Shown here: piece after piece, positions 42,399 through 52,002 of the stretch
Numbering within the stretch: position 1 is the stretch's first letter
Layout: each line of letters opens with the position of its first letter
Source of the DNA: an uncultured Arcanobacterium sp.
Lineage (GTDB): Bacteria; Actinomycetota; Actinomycetes; Actinomycetales; Actinomycetaceae
Direction of reading: 5' to 3'
Length of the DNA stretch: 62,782 nucleotides
NCBI RefSeq assembly: GCF_947253055.1
Contig: NZ_CAMXYE010000001.1
Span: 1-62,782, forward strand
The notes under the pieces: generated by a model
What the model was told of the DNA's origin: nothing
What the model saw: the letters and a program-made list of their open reading frames with translations, nothing else
The model's database searches: none
Program-made: the position numbers and the translations under genes

Positions 42399-42668
42399 TC
42401 AGCGGCGTAAGCCGAGACGGGAGATTAAAGAACGGTAACGCTCAATATCTTCATCTGCTAAATACTTCAGCAGACGCTTACGCTTACCGATTAGCAGCTG
42501 CAAACCGCGGCGGGAATGATGATCTTTCTTATGAGTGTGAAAGTGCTCCGTCAATTCCTTAATGCGCGCAGAGAGAATGGCGACCTGTACTTCCGGCGAA
42601 CCGGTATCACCCTCGTGCGTAGCATACTCTTTAATAATCTGCTCTTTAACTTCTTTAGCGAGAGCCAT
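42399..42668 (-). CDS. rpsO: 30S ribosomal protein S15
   Basis: [12 protein letters not shown] and DHHSRRGL motifs; ATG after an AAGGAG SD. Confidence 0.98.
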   Translation of the reverse strand: MALAKEVKEQIIKEYATHEGDTGSPEVQVAILSARIKELTEHFHTHKKDHHSRRGLQLLIGKRKRLLKYLADEDIERYRSLISRLGLRR

Positions 42669-42747
42669 ACGATCTCCTTCATTTCTCGTTGCGCAGAGCT
42701 GAAGGCCTGTTCTCTTCAGCATCCATCCGCGGCCGGCTCTAACGGCT
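42669..42747 (-). ncRNA. Probable rpsO (S15) autoregulatory leader
   Basis: About 80-nt leader after a TAAACT -10; contains a GCTGAAG..CTTCAGC stem and flanking CGTT/AACG pairing. Confidence 0.55.
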
Positions 42748-42806
42748 TTCTCAGTTTATCATGCCCACCCATATTCTCTGATGCCCACTGAGTGATATCC
42801 GGCTCA

Positions 42807-42836
42807 CTAAGGCCGCACTGGCTAAGGCCGCACTGG
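42807..42836. repeat. Two perfect 15-bp tandem repeats
   Basis: ctaaggccgcactgg x2. Confidence 0.85.
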
Positions 42837-42880
42837 GCCGCGGCGCGCAAATTACTCTACAGCGCACAAATTGCTTCTAT

Positions 42881-43867
42881 TCACTGCGCGGTGACGACGC
42901 TAGGATCTATCCGGCCGGTATCGGGGACTCCTAGTATCTGCGCACTCTGCGCAATGTCATTATCCATCTGTGCTTGTAGCTCTGCTATTCCCGCAAAAGC
43001 CCGCATCGGCCGCAAATAAGCAATAAACTCTACTGCTATTTCTTCTCCGTAAAGATGCAGATCACCTCGGCCGAGGATATGCGCCTCTACCGTGCGATTT
43101 TCACCATGAAAATGCGGGTTACTTCCCACCGAAATAGCTGCTGGATACTTTACTTCTGCTTCCGCATCCACATTTTCTACTACCCAGCCGGCATATACTC
43201 CATCCGCGGGAATTTCCCCTAAATCATCTCCGGCTAAGTTAGCGGTAGGAAATCCGAGCAGCCGCCCGCGTTTGTTTCCGTGTTGCACTATGCCACGCAC
43301 TCGGTGGGGGCGGCCCAGAATTTGGGCGGCAGCAGCTACTTTCCCATCTGCCAATAGCTCACGCACTACCGTAGATGACCAACGCGCCGTCCGCACGCCG
43401 CCGATGTCATTTACTAAATACAGCTTAAATCCGTGCTTTTCACTCAGCTTTTCCAGCAGCTGCCAATCTCCAGAATTATTTTTTCCAAAGCGCGCATCTC
43501 TCCCCACTACCACCACTTTTGCTTTTAATAAACCGCAGAGCTGGGAAGAAATAAAATCTTCTGGATCGGTGCGCGCATAATCTAAATCGTAATGCTGAAT
43601 ATAGACTGCATCTATTCCCGCTTTTTCCAGGAGCCGCAAACGCTCCGGAAGTGCAGTTATTAAGTGCAGAGGCCGCTCTGGATGATGCACTACTGCCGGA
43701 TGCGGAGAAAAAGTCAATACCACCGCGCGCAGATTAGCTGCCCGCGCCGCCGCCACGGTCTGCGCTAAAATTTCTGCATGCCCGCGATGCACTCCATCAA
43801 ATATGCCAATCGTGAGCGCAGAATGAAGATCTTTCGGCACATCCTGCGGTTTAGTCCATATTTCCAT
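42881..43867 (-). CDS. ribF: Bifunctional riboflavin kinase/FAD synthetase
   Basis: GIFDGVHRGH, SSTVVR, GRLLGFPTAN and GVYA motifs. Confidence 0.96.
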   Translation of the reverse strand: MEIWTKPQDVPKDLHSALTIGIFDGVHRGHAEILAQTVAAARAANLRAVVLTFSPHPAVVHHPERPLHLITALPERLRLLEKAGIDAVYIQHYDLDYARTDPEDFISSQLCGLLKAKVVVVGRDARFGKNNSGDWQLLEKLSEKHGFKLYLVNDIGGVRTARWSSTVVRELLADGKVAAAAQILGRPHRVRGIVQHGNKRGRLLGFPTANLAGDDLGEIPADGVYAGWVVENVDAEAEVKYPAAISVGSNPHFHGENRTVEAHILGRGDLHLYGEEIAVEFIAYLRPMRAFAGIAELQAQMDNDIAQSAQILGVPDTGRIDPSVVTAQ

Positions 43868-44107
43868 TCACTTACCACGCAGCCCTAACTGCGGTCGGCC
43901 TTCTGAAAAATCGTCGGGAACGCCAGGCGGAGTATGCTCAGTGCGAATTCCGCGCCGTTTTCCTTTTCCGCCGCACCCGCATTTACCTCCACAGCCACAT
44001 TTATGCGCCGATTTTGGCGCTGGCGCTGATTCGGATTGCGCCGCCACTTCTGGCGACACCGCCGGGCGTGAATTTTCCCGCTCTTTACCACATGCACACT
44101 TTCCCAT
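43868..44107 (-). CDS. Small Cys/Gly-rich protein (metallothionein-like)
   Basis: 79 aa MGKCACG...HKCGCGGKCGCGGKGK; ATG 6 nt after a TACACT -10; stop abuts the ribF start. Confidence 0.7.
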   Translation of the reverse strand: MGKCACGKERENSRPAVSPEVAAQSESAPAPKSAHKCGCGGKCGCGGKGKRRGIRTEHTPPGVPDDFSEGRPQLGLRGK

Positions 44108-44168
44108 GCTTATAGTGTAAAGCGAAGTTGATTGCAGTGCTAATCGCATTTACTACTAAGGAAGAAAA

Positions 44169-44732
44169 ATGCATTATCCAGATGGAATTATTGCCTGGTT
44201 GGGTCTCAACTGGGTCGGAGTGGCTTCTACCATCATTGCCACGGTAGCTATTTATTCACTATTCCTGCTAGTTACGCGGATTCGCGGGCCGAAAATGCTT
44301 TCCAATATCACTACTTTCGATACGGTAATGGTGCTGCTTTTCGGGAGCGTAGTTGCCCGTACTACTCTTGGCCCCGTCCCCACTTTAGCCACCGGCGTAG
44401 TAGCCCTTTTAACCTTGGTGTTGCTGCAGATAACGCTAGGAAATATTGCCAATCAACCGCGCGGCGATAAAATTCTCAACACCCAGCCCGTACTGCTAAT
44501 GACGGGAGATAAAATATTGGAAAATAATATGCACGCTACCCACACTACCCACTCCGAACTCACTTCTAAACTGCGAGAAAGTGGCATACACTCCCTCGAC
44601 GAAGTAGCTAGCGTAATTATGGAATCCTCCGGGAAGCTCTCCGTAATTAAAAGCGATAAGCCCTTAGCGCGGGAATTAGTAGCGGATGTGAAAGATGCTG
44701 CGCAGATACCCACACATTTTTTCCGTGATTAA
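44169..44732 (+). CDS. DUF421 (YetF) family membrane protein
   Basis: Three TMs, then P.LL..G.ILENNM..T..EL..KLRE.GI..LDEV..VIMESSGKLSVI. Confidence 0.85.
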   Translation: MHYPDGIIAWLGLNWVGVASTIIATVAIYSLFLLVTRIRGPKMLSNITTFDTVMVLLFGSVVARTTLGPVPTLATGVVALLTLVLLQITLGNIANQPRGDKILNTQPVLLMTGDKILENNMHATHTTHSELTSKLRESGIHSLDEVASVIMESSGKLSVIKSDKPLARELVADVKDAAQIPTHFFRD

Positions 44733-44764
44733 AAGCCGTTTCAACTCATAAGGAACGGAAAATC

Positions 44765-44814
44765 TCTATCTAAAGTTACTTTTCTATCTAAAGTTATTTC
44801 TTTATCGAAAGCTA
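44765..44814. repeat. Three repeats with 18-bp period
   Basis: tctatctaaagtta x2 plus tttatcgaaagcta, between convergent DUF421 and truB. Confidence 0.8.
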
Positions 44815-44843
44815 AATACTAGCTTTAGTGTAAAAGATATACT

Positions 44844-45878
44844 TCAACTGCGGGCGGTCGGCGGGGTAATAAATACCGTATGGAGCTGCATTTTTCCCGA
44901 TTTTACCGTGCCAGTAGCCACTAATTCTTCATCATATACCGCCGCGAAATCTTGATTCTCTTTCCGGAAATCCGGTGGTAAAGAAATTCGTTGCCCATAG
45001 CTGAGTGCCGTCCGCTCCGCCGCGCTTACAGTTAATATCGGCAACATCGTCCGCAGAGTTGCTTCGGCACTTTGCACTGGTAATGGCAAGCCACGGCGCA
45101 CCATCTCGCTGTATTCACTTATAGAAGCCGCTTGCGCCAATGTAAAAGTGCCTACGCGAGTGCGCTCTAAAGCCTGTAAATGTGCTCCCATTCCTAAACT
45201 AGCTCCAATATCGCGAGCTAAAGCGCGCACATAAGTGCCAGAACTGCAGCTGAGGGAAAGCTCGGCCACTAGAGTAGGAATTTCTTTTCCGGCTCGCAAA
45301 AAAATCGGCCCGGGGCGAAGCTCCCCTACCTCCAGAGCACTTATCACCACTGGGCGCGCGGGCAGCTCAATTTTTTCCCCCGCGCGCACACGTGCATAGG
45401 CTCTTTCGCCCTCCACTTTTATTGCCGAAACTGCCGAAGGACGCTGCATAATTTCTCCCCGAAACTGCGCCAACGCAGCTTGCAGAGCAGCGTTAGCGGC
45501 AGGAGCAGAATCTGGAGAATATAAAGCAGCCTGGAAAAGTGGGCTTAATCCCGGCTGTGGATCAGAAAGAATTTCTCCGGCGGCATCTTCCGTAGTAGTA
45601 GCCACTCCCAAGCACAGCTGTGCTCGATAGCTTTTATCTAAATTTGTAAAATAACGCAGTATTTTTGTGGATTTTCCAATGCCGAGAGTGAGTAATCCAC
45701 TGGCTAAAGGATCCAACGTACCGGCGTGCCCAACTTTCCGCGTAGCCGCCAATCTCCGCACCGCATTTACCACATCGTGCGAGGTAGCTCCGATATCTTT
45801 AGCTACTAACAGAATGCCGGAAGGTGCAGAAATTTCTGCCCGCGGTACTTCACCCCAAGGGAGCACTGGGCGAGGCAT
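44844..45878 (-). CDS. truB: tRNA pseudouridine(55) synthase
   Basis: TSHDVV, KVGHAGTLDPLASG, SAIKVEG and CSSGTYVRALARD motifs. Confidence 0.96.
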   Translation of the reverse strand: MPRPVLPWGEVPRAEISAPSGILLVAKDIGATSHDVVNAVRRLAATRKVGHAGTLDPLASGLLTLGIGKSTKILRYFTNLDKSYRAQLCLGVATTTEDAAGEILSDPQPGLSPLFQAALYSPDSAPAANAALQAALAQFRGEIMQRPSAVSAIKVEGERAYARVRAGEKIELPARPVVISALEVGELRPGPIFLRAGKEIPTLVAELSLSCSSGTYVRALARDIGASLGMGAHLQALERTRVGTFTLAQAASISEYSEMVRRGLPLPVQSAEATLRTMLPILTVSAAERTALSYGQRISLPPDFRKENQDFAAVYDEELVATGTVKSGKMQLHTVFITPPTARS

Positions 45879-46332
45879 CGAAATCTTCCTCCGGCGCCGA
45901 ATCGGCGGCGTCAGTATTTAGCGGCCGTCGATAAGGATCTGCCTCTCCAGCTGGCTGAGCAGAGGCAGCCAATTTCCGCACCTGCGCATCGTGCTCCCGC
46001 GCCGCCTGCAGAGCTGCTTCTAAAGATTTTGCGGTTTCCGGCAGGGCGTCGGGCACGAACTCTAAAGTTGGCACTAGGCGCAAACCCAGCTGCTCCCCTA
46101 CTTTTGCCCGCAGTAAACCTTTCGCAGATTCTAAGCCAGCAGCAGCCACTTCTTGCGCTTTTTCTCCTCCGTATACGGTATAGAATATGCTCGCTTGCTG
46201 TAAATCACCGGTTACTCGCACCTCGGTAATAGTCACCCGCGCGAGGCGCGGATCTTTCAACCGCCCATTTATAGAGCTAGCCACAATGCGATGTATCCGA
46301 TCAGCTACCCGAGCCGCGCGCGGATTAGGCAT
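45850..46332 (-). CDS. rbfA: Ribosome-binding factor A
   Basis: RAARVADRI, KDPRL..VTITEV and LRLVPTLEF motifs. Confidence 0.96.
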   Translation of the reverse strand: MPNPRAARVADRIHRIVASSINGRLKDPRLARVTITEVRVTGDLQQASIFYTVYGGEKAQEVAAAGLESAKGLLRAKVGEQLGLRLVPTLEFVPDALPETAKSLEAALQAAREHDAQVRKLAASAQPAGEADPYRRPLNTDAADSAPEEDFDASPSAPLG

Positions 46333-46368
46333 TATTCCTCCTGCTATTTCGCTAATTGAAAAGGCCGG

Positions 46369-49170
46369 TTATTCACGCGGTTTTTCGCGCATTTCCCAGG
46401 TCTCAATCAAATCGCCTACCCGAATATCCTTATATCCGAGCGTGATTCCACATTCGAAGCCTTCTTTAACCTCGGTAGCATCGTCCTTTTCCCGGCGCAA
46501 CGAGACTATTTCTAGTTCGGGAGCTACTACTGCTCCGTCGCGCACTAGCCGCGCCTTCGTGTGCCGCTTTATCTTGCCGCTGCGCACAATGGAACCAGCG
46601 ATATTACCGAATTTACCGGATTTGAATATCTGGCGAATTTCCGCCGTACCCAGCATTACTTCTTCATAAATCGGCTTCAACTTACCCTTTAAGGCGTCTT
46701 CCACATCATTAATAGCATCGTAAATGACGGAGTAGAACTTCATCTCCACTCCCTCACGCTCTGCCATATCCTGTACTCGCTCGGCCGGGCGCACATTAAA
46801 GCCAATAATTATCGCGTTATCCACCGTAGCTAAATTGACGTCAGACTGAGTAACTGCACCTACACCGCGGTGAATTACGTTCAGCTGTACTTCATCGCCA
46901 CCTACTTCAATATCGTAGAGCGAAGATTCGAGCGCCTCTACCGAGCCAGAAGAATCTCCCTTAATAATCAAGTTGAGGTTCTCTAGCTTGCCTTCTTCAA
47001 TTGCCTCCGTGAGGTTCTCCAAAGAAATACGCTTCCGGCGCTTCGCCAAGGTAGTGGCGCGCCGAGCTGCTGCCCGCCGCTCGGCAATTTGCCGGGCCGT
47101 GCGATCATCATCCGCTACAATTAGTTGATCTCCGGCAGCTGGTACCGAGGTGAGCCCCAGTACCTGTACCGGACGCGAAGGCCCTGCTTCTGCTACTGGC
47201 GCTCCTTTTTCGTCTACCATAGCGCGCACACGCCCGTAGGCATCTCCTACTACAATCGGATCGCCTACCCGCAGAGTGCCATCTTGAATCAAAGCCGTAA
47301 TTACCGAGCCGCGCCCTTGATCGAGCTTCGCCTCAATAGCGATTCCGCGCGCCGGCTTATTAGCATTCGCAGTAGGATTGACCAAAATATCAGAAGTAGT
47401 GACGATAGTCTCTAAGAGATCATCTATATGTAGGCGTTTCTTCGCCGAAATATCCACAAAAGGAATATCTCCGCCGTATTCTTCTGCTACTAACTCATAC
47501 TCAGTGAGCTGTGCACGCACCTTCTCCGGATTGGCAGAATCCAAATCAATCTTATTTACCGCCACCACAATAGGCACTTTCGCCGCTTTCGCGTGATTAA
47601 TCGCTTCGACCGTCTGAGGCATTACGCCGTCATTTGCCGCTACTACCAGTATCGCTACGTCTGTCACATCCGCACCACGGGCACGCATCTGCGTGAAGGC
47701 TTCGTGGCCCGGGGTATCAATAAAGGTAATGAAACGTTCGGTATTCTCCACCTTTACATGCGCTTGGTAGGCGCCGATGCTCTGCGTAATACCGCCAGCT
47801 TCTCCCTCTACCACATCGGCATTCCGAATGGCGTCGAGCAGCTTCGTCTTACCGTGGTCTACGTGCCCCATCACCGTCACTACCGGCGGACGCGGGCTGC
47901 GCTCGGCATCAGTTTCTTCGGCTCGTTCTGCTTCCAGATCAATATCGAAAGCCTCTAAAATCTCCCGATCTTCATCTTCCGGGCTCATGATTTTAATATC
48001 GTAGCCCAGTTCCGCTCCGAGAAGCTGGAATGTATCTTCGTCTAGAGACTGATTAGAGGTAGCCATCTCCCCCATTCGGAAAAGTACCGTCACCAAAGCT
48101 GCCGGATCTGCCTTAATCTTTTCGGCAAAATCTGCTAAGGATGCACCGCTCTGAACGCGCACTAACGTAGAGCCATCTCCTCGCGGCACTTGCACTCCAG
48201 CCAGCATCGGAGATTTCTGCTCTTCAAAATCATTGCGTGGAGCTCGCTTCGAACGCCGCTTCCCACCTTGATTACCGAAAGCTCCGGCAGTAGATCCACC
48301 GCGCGCTTTTCCACCGGATCGCACATGGCCACCCCGGCGCGAATTGCCAAAACGGTTCGCACCGCGCTCGCCCCGGCCTCCCCGGCCTTGGTTATCGCGT
48401 GCTTCTTCCTGCGCTGGGAACATACCCGGAATCGCTGGCGCTGATTTCGGCTTATAAGGCCGCTCAGATTTCCCTCTACTACGAGTATCTTCTGCCGCAT
48501 GCGCACCACCCATTCCTTGTTGAGCGGCGAAAGGTGAATTACCCGGGCGCGGCTTACCCCGACTCCGCATTCCTTGCTGAGCAGCGAAAGGCGAATTACC
48601 TGGGCGCGGACCGGCCTTTTTCCGTGCTTGCGGCCGCGGTGGAGCTGCCTCCCGCGCGGCTTTCGCACTGCGATGCGCCTCTCCCGGAGTTACCGACACT
48701 GCACTGGAGTGCGACGTTGGCTTCTTCTCTGGTGCTGCGGGCACACTCGGCGCCGCTTCTGACTTCTCTACCGGTGCTTTCTTAGCCTGCTTCGGCACTG
48801 GACCCGGTTTTTTAGTTGTTTTACTCGCTTTAGCTTTCTGCGGCGCTTTTTCCGTCACTGCTTCTGCAGCAGGAGCTGGTGCTTTATCTTCTGCACTAGC
48901 CGCACTACTCTTCTTCGCAGCAGTGGTTTTCTCTGCTGCCTTTTTCTTCGCCCCGGCTGCCTTAGTTTCTTTTTTCGCCGGCTCTGGCTTGGCATCAGGT
49001 AATAACTCCGGATGCTGCTTATAATATTCACGCGCTCGGCGTACTACCGGCGCTTCAATGCTAGACGAAGCGGACTTTACGAATTCACCGTTCTCCGTCA
49101 GAGTCTTTAATAAATCCCGGCTGGGAATACCTAACTCTTTAGCTAGTTCATGGACGCGGACCTTGGCCAC
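46369..49170 (-). CDS. infB: Translation initiation factor IF-2
   Basis: [32 protein letters not shown] and GFECG motifs. Confidence 0.98.
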   Translation of the reverse strand: MAKVRVHELAKELGIPSRDLLKTLTENGEFVKSASSSIEAPVVRRAREYYKQHPELLPDAKPEPAKKETKAAGAKKKAAEKTTAAKKSSAASAEDKAPAPAAEAVTEKAPQKAKASKTTKKPGPVPKQAKKAPVEKSEAAPSVPAAPEKKPTSHSSAVSVTPGEAHRSAKAAREAAPPRPQARKKAGPRPGNSPFAAQQGMRSRGKPRPGNSPFAAQQGMGGAHAAEDTRSRGKSERPYKPKSAPAIPGMFPAQEEARDNQGRGGRGERGANRFGNSRRGGHVRSGGKARGGSTAGAFGNQGGKRRSKRAPRNDFEEQKSPMLAGVQVPRGDGSTLVRVQSGASLADFAEKIKADPAALVTVLFRMGEMATSNQSLDEDTFQLLGAELGYDIKIMSPEDEDREILEAFDIDLEAERAEETDAERSPRPPVVTVMGHVDHGKTKLLDAIRNADVVEGEAGGITQSIGAYQAHVKVENTERFITFIDTPGHEAFTQMRARGADVTDVAILVVAANDGVMPQTVEAINHAKAAKVPIVVAVNKIDLDSANPEKVRAQLTEYELVAEEYGGDIPFVDISAKKRLHIDDLLETIVTTSDILVNPTANANKPARGIAIEAKLDQGRGSVITALIQDGTLRVGDPIVVGDAYGRVRAMVDEKGAPVAEAGPSRPVQVLGLTSVPAAGDQLIVADDDRTARQIAERRAAARRATTLAKRRKRISLENLTEAIEEGKLENLNLIIKGDSSGSVEALESSLYDIEVGGDEVQLNVIHRGVGAVTQSDVNLATVDNAIIIGFNVRPAERVQDMAEREGVEMKFYSVIYDAINDVEDALKGKLKPIYEEVMLGTAEIRQIFKSGKFGNIAGSIVRSGKIKRHTKARLVRDGAVVAPELEIVSLRREKDDATEVKEGFECGITLGYKDIRVGDLIETWEMREKPRE

Positions 49171-49186
49171 TTTTCTCCTTCGTTAC

Positions 49187-49277
49187 GGTCCGCGCACCAA
49201 GGCGTCAGACCTCTCTTATCTGGCAGCTCATCGCTGGGTACTCATCGGGTGCCCATCGGCTCTCTACCCGCTTTCAT
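49187..49277 (-). promoter_or_regulatory. infB leader with three ATGA-coupled micro-ORFs and a hairpin
   Basis: MKAGREPMGTR* (49277-49242), MSTQR* (49245-49228), MSCQIREV* (49231-49205); hairpin GGTCTG..CGGACC at 49187-49211. Confidence 0.55.
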
Positions 49278-49472
49278 ATCGTTGTTATCTGACTTAAAGT
49301 CGGCAAAATGCCTACTGCAGACGGGGAAACTACTCATATACCGGGATATTGTATAGGGGCATACTTCCCCCGCGCACTCCGCCTAGTTTACCGGAAAATT
49401 TGCCATTTCCGTATCTATTAGCTACTTTTCGCAGGTGAATACTCTCACTACCACAACCGCGCGCCCGCCGAA

Positions 49473-50477
49473 TTATTCTGGGTCTTCTGCCTGATATGGG
49501 TTATCGGATTCTTTCCAAATATCGATAGACCAACCAGTTAATTTAGCTGCCAAACGCACATTTTGGGCCTCTTTACCAATAGCGAGAGAAGCCTGATCAT
49601 CGGGTACGATGGCTAAAGCTTGGCGCATATCCGGATTTAGGATATCTACCCGCACTACCCGCGCGGGCGAAAGTGCAGCTGCAATAAAGGTAGCTGGATC
49701 ATCATCGTATTCTACGACGTCAATCTTTTCTCCATGTAGTTCTTGGGTGACGGCACGCACCCGCTGCGCATTGTGCCCAATTGCCGAGCCTTTGGCTGCC
49801 ACTTTCTCATCTGCCGACCAGACGGCAACCTTCGAACGATGCCCTGCTTCGCGAGCTAAAGCCACTATTTCTACCGTCCCGTCCGCTATTTCCGGCACTT
49901 CGGTGGCGAAAAGCTCCCGCACGAAATCCGGATGCGAACGCGAAAGTCGAATCGAAGCACCGTTCGGACCGACGGAAATATCTAGTACGAGAGCCCGAAT
50001 CAGATCCCCATGCCCGTAGTGCTCAGTAGGCACCTGCTCTTCTGCCCGCAAAATTCCGCGGTTTTCTCCCAGCTGGACGAATAAATCGCGCGATTCCGGA
50101 TTTTGCCCCGACACGCTCTCCACGACTCCGGATACTATTTTCCCCTCTTTGCCGTGAAAAGCTCCGAGAATGCGCGCACTCTCGGCATCGCGCAGCCGCT
50201 GCGTAATCACGGAACGAGCAGTAGCGGTGGCGATTCTCCCAAAATCTTTCGGCGTATCGTCAAATTCACCGATTATTTCGTTATTTTCATCCCGCTCTGG
50301 AGCTATTACCGTCACCTGTCCAGTATTACGGTCCAGGTTAATACGAGCTCCTTTTACCGCTCCCGGCACACGGTTATAAGCATGCAGGAGCGCCTCCTCG
50401 ATAGTTTTTATTAACACTTCGAGATCAATGCCGAGCTCCGTCTCTACAATGCGCAGCTCGTTCATCGAGATATCCAT
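49473..50477 (-). CDS. nusA: Transcription factor NusA
   Basis: DFGRIA, LSRSHP, AREAGHRSK and SLAIGKEAQNVRLAAKLTGW motifs; GGAGGA SD. Confidence 0.97.
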   Translation of the reverse strand: MDISMNELRIVETELGIDLEVLIKTIEEALLHAYNRVPGAVKGARINLDRNTGQVTVIAPERDENNEIIGEFDDTPKDFGRIATATARSVITQRLRDAESARILGAFHGKEGKIVSGVVESVSGQNPESRDLFVQLGENRGILRAEEQVPTEHYGHGDLIRALVLDISVGPNGASIRLSRSHPDFVRELFATEVPEIADGTVEIVALAREAGHRSKVAVWSADEKVAAKGSAIGHNAQRVRAVTQELHGEKIDVVEYDDDPATFIAAALSPARVVRVDILNPDMRQALAIVPDDQASLAIGKEAQNVRLAAKLTGWSIDIWKESDNPYQAEDPE

Positions 50478-50490
50478 AATTCCTCCTGCC

Positions 50491-50994
50491 CTAGTCAAGC
50501 TGACGTAATTCTACTACGACTCGGGCCCTTTTTACTTCCGCGAGGGAAATCTCCCGCGGCTCCCCGCTCCGTATACGATGTTTTTCTTTCGTTTCCGGCA
50601 CCACCACCAGGGAAAATTCTTCTACTTTTTGTAGACGGGCAGTGAATTCTTCGCCATCTTGCAGCACAAAGGCAATCAGGTGGCCACTAGCGCGCACATA
50701 GTGGCGCCGCTGCGTGAGGAGACGCTCTACTCCCGGAGTGCTCACTTCCAGCGTATAGGGGCCGGAGATGGGGTCTTTTTTATCTAGTTGGGCAGAAATA
50801 CTGCGCGTGAGTTCGTCTAGTTGCATAGAATCCACTCCGCCGGTGCCGCTTTCTAAATCTACTATCACCTGCAAAGTAGTATATTTTCCCGCCCGCTTCA
50901 GCACTATATCTTCTAGATACAGCCCGGCCGCAGCTACTAGCGGTTGAAGCAGCTCTGTCAGTTCTGTATGAAGATTTTTACTCTTATCTGCCAT
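50491..50994 (-). CDS. rimP: Ribosome maturation factor RimP
   Basis: YTLEVSTPGVER motif; upstream of nusA. Confidence 0.95.
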   Translation of the reverse strand: MADKSKNLHTELTELLQPLVAAAGLYLEDIVLKRAGKYTTLQVIVDLESGTGGVDSMQLDELTRSISAQLDKKDPISGPYTLEVSTPGVERLLTQRRHYVRASGHLIAFVLQDGEEFTARLQKVEEFSLVVVPETKEKHRIRSGEPREISLAEVKRARVVVELRQLD

Positions 50995-51075
50995 ACTATT
51001 AAGAGTACCGAAGTAGGAAAAAGTGTCATAGCCGGAGCAAAAATTACTTTACCATCGGCTAACTGAGGAGCATTA

Positions 51076-51972
51076 ATGCCGAATAATCTGCGCAGTTGGT
51101 TAAAAAAGCAGTGGGTGTTTATTATCTCGCTCCTCAGCTCTGTAGCTCTATTCGGAATTTTTATGTACTCCATTGGGCTACACAGCGAACATCCGGATCT
51201 AACTCCCCCAGAACCTTCCGCTGGCGAAATACAAAGGCAAAAAACTGCTCTGAGTGCACATCTGATTAGTGAAATTGCCGAACAGTATCCGCAGTTAAGT
51301 GCTCTAGAGGCCGCCGGGCAAGCCTGGGAAAAAGCTTGGGGTGGCGTATGGGTGCCGTGGCCGGAAGGCGCGCCCGCAGACTATCAAAATCCAGAGCTCT
51401 CGCTCACCCCGGCCGCCACTGATATTCCCGCCTTGCAAAACGAATTGTTGAATTTCGCTAATTTATCTATACAGGCTAGCTCCAGCCGCACTGCCCGCCA
51501 ATTAGGAATTTCCACTAGTGCTAAAGCTCGCTACTATATAGCTCTGCTCGCTAAAGAAAACGGAAATAATGGCAAAACTGCGGCAGATATAGCTCCCGGT
51601 AGTTTAAAAGAACTCGGTAAAGCAGTTTCCGGATCAGAGGAGCTGAATCGTTTAGAAACGCTCCGGCAACAGCTGCAAAATACCACCGCGGAATTAGCTT
51701 TTTCCGAACGGGAAAATCGGCTCCAGCTCCTAGACTCGCTAAATGCACTCATCGACGGCGCCTTGGCAAATAAAGTAACAGATACCCGGCCGGTAATGGT
51801 AGATCCAGAGATGAAAGTGGCAGATTTAGGGGCGGCACTCTGCGGAGAATTACTCACGCTTGGAGAACGCAGCGAAGCCCCCGCGCGCGAAACTGCCGCC
51901 GAAGTATTAGCGCAGATATTACAGGTGTTTCCGAATGACTCAGCTTTTCCCGGCTGGCAGCCTGCCAAGTGA
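51076..51972 (+). CDS. Membrane-anchored hypothetical protein (DUF4439-like genomic position)
   Basis: GAGGAG SD, N-terminal TM, helical body with GGVWVPWP and C-terminal AFPG; fills the rimP-proS gap. Confidence 0.7.
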   Translation: MPNNLRSWLKKQWVFIISLLSSVALFGIFMYSIGLHSEHPDLTPPEPSAGEIQRQKTALSAHLISEIAEQYPQLSALEAAGQAWEKAWGGVWVPWPEGAPADYQNPELSLTPAATDIPALQNELLNFANLSIQASSSRTARQLGISTSAKARYYIALLAKENGNNGKTAADIAPGSLKELGKAVSGSEELNRLETLRQQLQNTTAELAFSERENRLQLLDSLNALIDGALANKVTDTRPVMVDPEMKVADLGAALCGELLTLGERSEAPARETAAEVLAQILQVFPNDSAFPGWQPAK

Positions 51973-52002
51973 TTCTGCTTCCGCGCGCAATTGCTCTGCA
52001 AA

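Noticed and set aside
44120..44146. CIRCE (HrcA) operator
   Set aside because: Only a half-site-like CAGTGCTAA; the matching left arm is absent
48511..48609. Duplicated [14 protein letters not shown] segment in IF2 (57-bp period)
   Set aside because: PRPGNNPF-type repeats are ordinary in actinobacterial IF2 N-termini
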